From Styela clava (lineage: Eukaryota), in assembly GCF_964204865.1 (NCBI RefSeq), contig NC_135256.1, positions 18,786,001 through 18,850,000 of the forward strand: DNA of 64,000 nt, given 5' to 3'. Shown here in pieces: positions 53,503 to 64,000 of this stretch; position 1 is the stretch's first letter; the number at the start of each line of letters is the position of its first letter. Position numbers and translations under genes: made by a program. The notes beneath the pieces are model-generated. The model was not told where the DNA came from and made no database searches. It was given only the letters and a program-made list of their open reading frames with translations.

Positions 53503-54267
53503 ATGGACGGAGGCATGGAAAGTATATATAATTTAATTCCTATGAAAATAGAAAAACCTCCTAAGCCGCCCCGATATGAGTCGAAATTTCGCACGACAGT
53601 TAAAGACGAAACTAAACAAAACAGGTCTCCGAACAAGACTATGGGACCAGCAAAAGTTGATGTTCCCACACCTGGCGAATTTCTGAAAAAGAGATCTGGA
53701 GAGCCCCAGTTACCAGATAGGAAAGATCTTTTTTTTGATGACAAAGTTGGTCGCAAGCCACCAGTTCCAAGGAAAGATGACAAGCCTTTGATGGGTATTC
53801 GCACAAACAAAAATTTTATAAATACAAATGCTGTTGAAAATATAATGTCCGTACCTAAAAAGCCTGTGCCAAAATATGTTGACACAAGGTGGGGTGATAA
53901 TGGCCTCCTCGAACACTCCGGTTTGGTTCCAAAATATACAAAAAAGAATGACTATGGCACAGTTCCTGAATATTTGAAAAAACGAAATGAAGAAACCCGT
54001 CGAGCGCAAGAAGAGTATGATCATTATATACGTGAACGGATGCGACAGGGTGCAATGAAACAATTGACTGATGAAGAACGGGATGGAATAATTGGCGGTC
54101 TGAAAAAGAACTGGGAAGAACTTCATCATCAATATCAAGGATTGTCGGTTGTTACAGACACTGCACCAAAGAAGAATCGTAAAGAACGAATGGAGGCTGA
54201 AATGAAACAACTCGAAAGAGACATTGAATTGATTGAACGGCATAAAATTATATACATTGCTAACTAA
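53503..54267 (+). CDS. ENKUR: Enkurin, 254 aa, single coding exon
   Basis: Contains ESIYNLIP..KPPRYESKFR, KTMGPAKV..P.EFLKK, KNFINTNA, SGLVPKYTKKNDYGTVPEYL, GLKKNWEELHHQYQGLSVVTDT and LERDIELIERHKIIYIAN*. Confidence 0.95.
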   Translation: MDGGMESIYNLIPMKIEKPPKPPRYESKFRTTVKDETKQNRSPNKTMGPAKVDVPTPGEFLKKRSGEPQLPDRKDLFFDDKVGRKPPVPRKDDKPLMGIRTNKNFINTNAVENIMSVPKKPVPKYVDTRWGDNGLLEHSGLVPKYTKKNDYGTVPEYLKKRNEETRRAQEEYDHYIRERMRQGAMKQLTDEERDGIIGGLKKNWEELHHQYQGLSVVTDTAPKKNRKERMEAEMKQLERDIELIERHKIIYIAN

Positions 54268-57200
54268 CTTTGGTCAGATTATTCTTACTCATTTTCTTTT
54301 AGACAACGCTCCACTAGTTGAAGTCAAATTTCATAATAACATTTAGGGATACTTTCTGTGAAATGTTATCTACAGAGTTCTATTTACTTCTACCTTTACG
54401 GGGAAACCAAATTTAAATATTTCGCACCTGGTTTAACTTTATTTACTTTTTAGGATTTGTCTCAAGTTGTTTTTAAATATCTGAATTCTTCCATGAATTT
54501 ATTACTTGTAAGAGTACTTTTATGCTTAATAAGTGCCTTAATATATGTATTCCACAATTTCTTCAAAAACTGCAAAGCTGTTTAACTATGTACAGTACTT
54601 GTCCACTGTTTTTCAAATTATATAAAGTCACCATTATTTCTGAATTATTTACAAGCTCTATTTTATTACCGAGTTTTTCTATGCTGGAAGGATAATATTA
54701 GTCAATATGCAGCACATTGACAGCCGAGATCCCAAAGTTTGGGAATTAAGTTTGTCACCATGCTTAACAACTTGTAAATAAACGTTATTTTGTTACAATT
54801 TTGGTAGTAATTCCAATTTTTTTTTCAAATATATCTTCTCAAATAAACTGAACAAATGTTGTAGGAGTGGAAGCATTGGCAACTTATGCTCAAAACAAAT
54901 GTAGGTGCAAGTTTGAAGTTGCTATTATAGGTTAAAGTAATACAATGCTCTCCTATACACCCAGGCTTCTTATAATTTCGAACAGCTATATTTTATTTGC
55001 AATTCTGACGTCGAGATAAGATTAATATCAAATTTGCTAAGTTGGATAGCCTTTGATTGGTACATTCTTGATTGAAAGCCTTAGTCTCACGAATTGACTA
55101 AATTTGCCATGCTCGAGTGCTTTAAGCAAGTTCTAGAAATGGTATTATGTCTGTCTGAAACGATTAGGTAGGCAGTTTCTTAAAGCTAACACCCATAAGA
55201 AAAATGAATCCAAATTGTGTAATTTCTCATGTTCTCTTTGGCCTTGGACTTACTCTATCATGGAAAACAAGAAGATTTATAAAACATTACAGTGATATCA
55301 TTGTGTTTAGACATTTTATTAGCACAATTACCATATACTTTCATGACCGATATGCAGAAAATAACACATTTTTCGGAGAAATTGTAATTACCAATATGCC
55401 AAATTCGAGGTTGAACATTTTGTAAAATATGTGATAACCACGATGAAACGACAAACACAAAATTGAAAGATACTGAACTAGTAATACATAACAATTATAT
55501 ATATTAAGCATAATATTAAGTGTATATAAATGAGATGCCCATTTCCACTACGGCTTTGGAGGAAAATGGAGCAGGAGGAAAATGGAGCAACAACCATACA
55601 GCAAATCAAATATTTCAATCATATGATTAACCATCCATATAACAAATGAACGTAAAATAATTTATAGGAAACAGATGGTGCTAGCTAGAGAATTCCAGAT
55701 TTTAAAAAACTTAGGAAGTAAATATTTAGTCTAGAACTAGATGTTAGTTAGGTTATGTGAGATTAACAATCTAACTAATGTTAATGACCTTATCCTCACC
55801 CAAATAACTTATCCCTCAATATTCTGTATAATTCACATATAGAAAACGATAATAATACATTTTTCTCATAAATTGCCCCCAATGGAATATTATTTATCGC
55901 AGATATTTATTCTTTCCTCAGTAAAAAGCCAAATCAATTTTTCAAAACAATGATCATTCTGTTCTCACCAACACAAATGAGAAAGCAGAGGGATGAATCT
56001 ATTATCATTTGACACCAAACCATACCAATGAACTGTTAAATGGAACTTTGTGCCAATGAGGCTCTAGCAATAAAGTGAAAGAATTATATTATAAATAGTT
56101 ACAGACAAAAGCTAAATTGTGCAAAAATGGAATTAGCTCTAAGTGGCTTCTATGAAATAGAATTACACACATTTTCAGGGTCTGTAAGTTTTCTTTGGGG
56201 ACACAAGGACGAAATATACCATGAGTTACAAGAACCCATAAATAAAAATTCCACTAGTCTCCTCATTTCACCGAGACGTATGGTAATTACTATTTAAAAA
56301 AGGTAGCTAAAAATACAGCAGGTGAAATGGATGACCAAGAACATTATCTATAAATATCATAGATATCGAGGTGAATCGGGTATAAACAATGAATTTGAAG
56401 CCCTTCTTTAAAACAGCAGCATTCAGTAATGACAAGCATTTATTGCGCCAAAATGTGGAAATGACATTGTTGAACAAAAAACTTGTTACAGCCTTCAATA
56501 AGAATTATTTTCTATTGGGATAATGATTACTTTGAAAATACAGCCCAGGTGGGAGCGAGCAGTCATTGATAAAACATTCTTGGCCAAACAAGACAAATAG
56601 AAGAGTACATCAGTTGATAAAAAATGCAGTACAGTTGACAAGAAAAGGTTGAAAACAACATCATCATATGTACACCAGAGCAAAACTTGTCTTGTTTATA
56701 TGAACAAACTTGTCGCATTCGAATGAGTCCGTTTAACACACAAAATACAGATAGATAGGTGTGTTTTAGTTCTTAACAAGAAAGAAAGACAACATTGTTG
56801 TTGGTGTTGGTTCCATCTTATACATGAAAACGTTGATTATTGGCTGGTCACTACAGAAACTGAAAGACAAAAAATTCTTTGTTAAAACGAAGCACTGGCT
56901 TCCTACAGTAGACTTATCAACATGATTTTTCTTCTGTCATCACAGCACTATAATTTTTTTTATATGCCTCAATAAAAAGTCAAAAAAACTTGAACAAAGG
57001 AGAACTAAACTCACTTGAATGGCATTTTAAGTTAACTACTGACATGCCAGAAAAGAAGATATATCAGCAGTATTTGTCAAGAATGTTATAAGATATCAGA
57101 ATTAATGCAAAAATTGACACGATAAACATAAATTATCACTGATATTGAGTGGATGAGTTAGTTTTTCAGCAAAATATGTAATAAGGTTAGACTTGGTTAT

Positions 57201-57330
57201 ACTTTAGGGAAGTAGTATTGAAATTTTTTTTAAGTGGGTTTGTATCTAGGCTAATGCAATAATCACAAAAAGCATGATTGAATGAAGAAAATTAATCCAA
57301 AACATCCAATACCTGGTCATATCACACTTT

Positions 57331-60300
57331 TCATTTGGTAGAAAAGTAAACTGAAGAAAGCAAAAGCAGCGTGAAAAGAAAAGGCAAAATGCAAATCAAT
57401 GTTGTTAGTTACATACAGTTAAACGATTAGGTGATAGTCTTTGCAGACTAGTTAATTTATGAATGGTCCGTGCCTTCTCGAACATAATATTAATGATTAT
57501 AATTCTATATCTTAGAGTGCCATGCTAAAGCACACAAAGTATATAAAAAATCCATCCCTTGATTAAGAACATAGCATACTATAATTAAATAAGGAAGTGA
57601 TACATGATTCAAAGAGGATGGAAGATGATTCGTTCATGCAACGGAAAAACGAAAGACATGCATGTATGGTGGACAGAGTGTGCAAACGTGCAGAACAGTG
57701 GTTTGCATTAACTTAATAAATTTATTTACATATGTAACCAATTTTCATTGACGTATGTATCTAAACTGGAAAACGACTAAAAATGTGCAGAATAGTATTT
57801 TCATCAGCTTTTGTGCATATTCCGGCGAAAAGATTTGTTTGATAACATATTGTATTTTCATCAAAATGTGTCATATTAATCATTTTATTAGAGTTCTTAT
57901 AAATATGCTAAAATGTATTCATGATTGAACATGCTTTATGTATCAGTTTCTAATGCTTTGCTTTCAGTCCAATATTTGAATTGCACATATTTGTAGATAC
58001 ACTCCTAACTCATTATAAAAATCAATACACTAACCAATGTGTATTATCAATTGGGAAGAGGGATTTCGGTTCCAAAATAAACCAGGTTAACGTTTTCGAC
58101 CCACGAGAAACCGCATTCCCTACTGCTATAAGAGAAAAACCTTTTGCCAATCGATGATGACCTGTCCAAAACCGGTCGATTCACATTTCAAGTCGAGTAT
58201 GAAATGTCAAATCTCGAGCGAATTGTTCAACACTCCCGGGAACGTAGAATTCTTTGGCGCGATAAGTATGAGTCACGTGTCACGTCACGATATTGAGCAT
58301 TGATCAGGCGACGGCAAGCAAGCGGGCGACGGACGATACTGTCGGTAGTTCATTACAAATTCTTAGTTGGAATTGAATGACTCAATGATAACACCGACCA
58401 AATATATTACAAATATTCTCGACGAACTCTTGCCCGTCAACTAAGATCGAAATGTCACGCGGGAGCAAACTAACCGCTTGGATTTTATATTACAAAACTC
58501 AAAATAAATTAGGTTTTTCGGACAAGATATGTTTACAAAAGTTTATCTTTTTGTCTAGATAACTTAAGTAATAAGAGCCTCGACGCAACGCCTTTCGTAA
58601 ACAAAGTTATTCATCGAATGTTTAATAGTTCTTATTCTAACAAAGTTGAACATTCCTCACCAGAGTTCAAGGAAAAAAGGATAGCGATATTCAACGAGGA
58701 GGGAAAAAACGATGAACTGCCGGGGAGGGATTGAGACTTGCGATATTGACATATTGATTTATGGGCGGATGCGTTACACCAAATGCCGACAAGCACATCT
58801 GCCGCCGGCTGCGAGCGATGTAATGCATTTTTTATTCCCAGCTGCTTTTCGCAATAAAACATCGACGGAAATGACATTGTTATTAATATAACAGCGGAAG
58901 ATAATTTACGATGGTAAGTTGTGCGGAATACAATCGACCACATCCATAGGAGTTGTGACAAATTCCGCCGAAAACGGGTTTCAGGATCGTTTGCCGTCCA
59001 TCGATAATTGTAATTTTCACCATTTATGAAATAATATGATCATTTTAAACGCACTGTCGAACATTTTATTCTCAATCGGCGTTTTCATAGCAGCTTTTGC
59101 ATGTAGCCTTTGTTTTTCACGCGAAAACAGACGACGCTGAGTCAAGTTATTGAACTGAGAATACCGACTGGCTATGAAATATTCATGTTACTCCGTCCAG
59201 TGCGCGGACCGACTGCCAGCTTAAAACAGGGTTTTATAGCAGTCGCTTTGGCTACTGCATTCAAATAGCAAATCAATGCGCTGTAATATTCGGCAACAAT
59301 TTCTGTGCCAGAACAAAAGGACAGTATTTTGGTATTACAATTCCAAAACTATTTTTCGGTTGAAACCTCTTATTCAACAATTATTGATACATTGTAAGTT
59401 GCTACATCTTCTCAATAAAATTTTGATACATGTACATAATCTACATTTATAGGCTAAATATCAGTTATATTATTAATATAATATTATTATAATATTATTA
59501 ATCATTGTACAGTATTTATGAGAGCTTTGCTCCTTACACAAAAAGATATCTTGTTTTTGGATTGTAGCACAATAATATCAAATATCTCATCCTAATAGAT
59601 GTAAAATTCATATGTTTCTACTCCGTTATTTGATATCTCTCATGTATTTCCCTGCTCGAAATACACTCATATGAGCAAGTGATGCGGGATTGAACCCAAG
59701 TATAGACTCAAACATTAAACGGCTACCTAATAAAGAAGCAGACAACGATAGAATGAGGCAGCTTGGAGGAATTGTTGTTTCTACTGGTGTGTAATATAGT
59801 GTTATACTAGAAAAAAGCATGCATGCGAAAAGAAAATAGAAAAGACACCCAAACATGCAATGAACGCCTTAATCTGCAAAATATTTAAAATTATCAAATT
59901 ACTAATATTTTTTTCTCATACTCACCTATGATAATAATAAGTATCGCTAAAATAACAACAATCAAAATGGCCCACATCTGAAAAAGACACAAAACATTTA
60001 TCAACATTGATATTTGCAAACACACAAGACAAAATAAAAAGCAAATAATGCAAGCAGAAATTTTGAAACAGTCGAATTATACAATGAGATCCAAAATAGT
60101 ATACAGTATCGATCAAAATAGGAATATACTAGCAATGGAGACTTGGCTTTAATGCACTTACACTAGTGCCTAATGTTACAAAAATTTAGAAAGGAAAGAA
60201 GTTGTTCAACTGGCTTAGATCATTCAAGATTTTGTGTAGACACAATTTGGCAAGAACAAGCCAGTCAAATGTCAGCTGTTTAAATCTATCAGTAGTTGGC

Positions 60301-61998
60301 CAAATGCTTTCAAAATTTCTGGATACATTCCCGAGCACAAATGATAGTAATTGACATTTCCTTTAAGCACTGATACATTGAAAAAAACATTGTTGATAAC
60401 AGGAGAGCTATCAACAAGAGTAAATAACTGACTAGCTTTCCATGCTCACACCACATTCACTTGGACAAATACGAATGCCACTTCTATTTGGCAATTGAAA
60501 GTACTTACTAACGATAATCGCGATAATAATTATGATAACAACTGAGAGCATGATAATCATCTGTGAAAAACAAGGGATTTTCAAAAAATGTTGGAGTCAG
60601 AACAACTGAAAATAACAGTTATTAAGCGACTAATAAGTATGGTGATATTTGCATGCTTTCTACAAAATATTCCATACTGTAGTCCTCATGAAATACTGCA
60701 ACTTGAAAAGTGAATTCACATTCTAAATGTTTAAATCATACCCACAGAAAGAGAAAATCTATGTTAAATTCACTTACACTATAGATTATTATGATATCAT
60801 ATTCTCAGAATAGTAAATTATTTGTAAAATTTAAATAAACATGTTGCGTGAATAAACAGAAGCAAATTATTCAATGAACAAATAGAGAAGTGAAACAAGA
60901 TATGGAAACATCTTATCATGTGCTTATTCATTATTCAAAATTTTTGTTTCAATGTAAAATGCTTAGTCATGTAGTATAAATGTAAAATACAGGTCACAAT
61001 CATATGATCATAAATATATTTTGATGTATGCAATTGTTTACTTTAATTGTATGCATGGTTATAATAGAATAAAAATCATATGTCATATCTTTGTTTGCAA
61101 ACTTGATAATATATGGAAATACACACGTAAAAAGCCAACTACATATTTCTGTGATAAAGTTCATGAAAAACATTACAATGTTGATCATTATTGGTCTCGT
61201 ATTTCCATCCTATGAGCAAATATGTTGTCCAAAGTAAAGACAATCTCCATTGATAACATATATTTGGTTTGCAAACTTTGTTGCTCAAATCCAGTATTCA
61301 ATTTCAGGACATACTATCACTCAACATTGATAGAAACAATTTTAGTATTTATTCGAAACTTATCAATAAATTGATTCAATATACCTTGCAGTTCTTCCAC
61401 CAATATTTTCTCTTGAGTTTTGCAGCTTGTGTCTCAAATTGTGAAGCTCCTTGTTGTAATGCATCTGCTCTGTCATCTAATTCAGATAATTTTTGATCTC
61501 TCTCCAAAACTTTGTCAACATTTGTCCTCATAATATCTACCACCTATATTAAAGATAAAACCATTATTTGTCTGTTGCTGGAAGGAAGAGTAGCAGTAGC
61601 ACAAAAATTGTGATAGTGTCCAAATGAAGTAGTTGAATCATATTTGAATAAGTCTCAAACCAACAAACCATATAAATCATGGAATAGACTTTTTTTATAT
61701 ATCAGAAAATATATTACATTTCTACTGAATTTGGTTTTAAAACCAAAACTAAAATAATATAATCTGGAGATGTTTGTTTAATCTAGCCCACCGTGAAAAA
61801 ACCACAAAATTGAAACTTGCCATATTCAGAAAACCGAAGCACGATAGAGTCAAGATAACATAAAACTTAGCATAAACACTCATATGATAAACACACTATT
61901 CTATGGCAATTCAAACCTCATCAACTTGTGCTTGAGTCTGTTGCAGCCTTTTGCTTGATGGTCCCCCTGTTGGAGCGGAGTCAGTACCTCCATACGAC
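57331..61998 (-). CDS. VAMP2: Synaptobrevin/VAMP1-2-3-like R-SNARE, partial (AT of the split start codon in an upstream exon not found in the window); exons 61917-61998, 61385-61543, TM exon 60509-60560 or 59926-59977, terminal exon 57331-57350 (alternative 56837-56859)
   Basis: Reads [13 protein letters not shown]|[53 protein letters not shown]|TM|VYFSTK*. The exon structure, including the AT|G split start, resembles vertebrate VAMP1/2/3. It is probably co-orthologous to all three. Confidence 0.92.
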
Positions 61999-64000
61999 CT
62001 TTTAATAAAGAAAAATATTTAACTCAAAAAAATATTACTAAAAATACATTACTGAATATTTATTAAGTGACCAAATTAAAATAAAATAAAATAGAATAAC
62101 TCACTGGTTAATATTGTTTGATAACATGTTTCCACTTAGGGTAGCATTGTAAGAAGGTAAGGAAACAGAAATGAAATTTCATAACAGTATAATATATAGT
62201 AATTTCAACAAATTTATATTCATTCAAATAGTTATTTTTAACAACAAATTTCCCAGGAATAAATAAATGTATGCTTCAGGAAAATTTGAAACCAATTTGA
62301 AACCGTTCGTTGATTATAGCGTAACTAAAATTGAATTACTCATTTAATCACATACGATCATAACCAAATTGTTGTCAAAAAAAAACTGAAGTTGGACTAA
62401 ATTACTCTTCAATAAAACATATAAAGTAACCCCTTTAAAATAACTGTCCTGTGATAAAGGATTTTTATTAATGAATCAATATAAAATATTACAATGAAAT
62501 TGGATTGATTATATAGATTTGTGGAAACTGCCATTGATGACATATGGAAGAGAAAGCATAATTTCAGAACTACCAGTTCAAAAATCTTTTTTCATAATCA
62601 ATGAGAATCAATACATGAAGTTATCATCATATGGGCCCAATAAAATCAATGCAATGCCAGAAGCAATCAATCAATAAGGTAATTAAAAACCTTATGATCA
62701 AAATTTGACTGCATTTGTCAAAATAAAATTTCAAAAAATAGGAATCATGGAAATGACATATGAATGCTGATACAAATCAAACTAAAACAAGTTCATATTG
62801 ATGAATGAATTATGATATTGCCTCGATAATATTACATGATGACATGTGAGCATATGTAAATATAATTGAAACATTTAGGTATAATAAACATTCAGTTATA
62901 CTTCAAAATAAAAATTCTTGGTCCAATTGAGTTAATTAACCACATGCATAGACATAAAAGACATCCTATTTCCTATATCAATTCAGATTTTGAAGCATAA
63001 TTTCAAAATTGTGTTAGGAATTGTACATTTAGCCAAATCCAATTCCAATAGTATAGCATTGTATATTGTACAATGAAAAATTTTATGCTTGATATCTGCT
63101 ATAAATTTCAATTCCATGTTGCAGAAAAGAAAAGGATCACGCACACATACATCACAATCACGTTGAAAATTAAAAAAAAATAACAAATTAAAAATTAAAG
63201 TTATCAACATCAATTTATTTTTACCTTTCACTGGGGACAGGCTGGTAGTTTGCCATTGTCTATTCTTGATATTGAATTGTGTAAGCTACCAAGTCATGGC
63301 CACAAAAATATGAAGTGTTATGGCTTGAAATAATGGTAAAAATGATATTTAAATCAAAAGGAATTCCAGAAGTGGAATTGAATCTAAATGCATCCTCACC
63401 CTTAGATGTGTATACAATGCGATAGAAGTTAAAACGGTCGCAAACTATATCCTGTGCCATACATATTTTTCTTATATAAGCATACTTCTTACTTAAGAAA
63501 TAACATGAATTCATATTACTCATACCATAAATTAAATATAAGGATATTACATAATTAAATCATAGAAATACTAATATAGTATAATATTTATGATAATGAA
63601 GGTTTTAAATGATGAAGCAATGCAGGAATAAAGTTAGTATGGATGAGATATTATATTTCATTTCACTTCAATAAATTACACCATTTTCCTTGTCCACCCA
63701 AATTTCAATTACGCTGTCCTTATGCTGTTGTCATTTTGAGAGCAATATTTATTTATGTGGTAACTAGACTATCACTAGAATCGATTACAAGAATAGATCT
63801 ACAGATCAGTATAACGAAAAATTATTTAATATGAGAATCCAGATTTTTAATTGTAATAAAGACCCAGCCATACAAATCACAACAACATACTTAGAATATG
63901 AAAGCAATCACAACTAATTGTTGAAGTTGTAAGTTCAGTTTTCTAAAATTTATTGTCACAAATTCAATTTGATACGTACCGTACCCGCTACCTACCATTC

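Noticed and set aside
53481-54243. Antisense ORFs (134 and 177 aa) opposite ENKUR
   Set aside because: They are shadow frames of a real CDS with no independent coding signal.

Overview
This is AT-rich, intron-containing animal genomic DNA. Gene content, intron style and repeat families suggest an invertebrate chordate such as an ascidian, but that is inference. I assembled eight genes by hand from splice sites and recognisable protein motifs, and the exon lengths of the multi-exon models sum to whole codons. In order: an orphan 7TM/GPCR-like ORF interrupted by one in-frame TGA (-), a GT32/DXD alpha-1,4-glycosyltransferase-like gene (-), EFHD2/swiprosin (-), SSU72 (-, with a U12-type intron), WDR33 (+), CYB5D1 (-), an intronless ENKUR (+), and a synaptobrevin/VAMP (-, first exon apparently outside the window). 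Introns and intergenic DNA hold hAT MITEs and relics, GG...CC-ended MITEs, Helentron-associated (HINE-like) elements, a tRNA-type SINE, a 3x313 bp tandem repeat and a 1.33 kb tandem duplication. The most notable observations are: (1) two interchangeable 52-nt transmembrane exons plus several alternative C-terminal exons in VAMP, with Rbfox motifs nearby; (2) a 4.8 kb U12 intron in SSU72 containing U2-type stop-containing cassettes; (3) a 395 bp bidirectional promoter with paired X-box-like motifs between two motile-cilia genes; (4) a divergent SSU72-WDR33 pair of 3'-end processing genes. No prokaryotic systems, CRISPR arrays, rRNA or true tRNA genes were seen.
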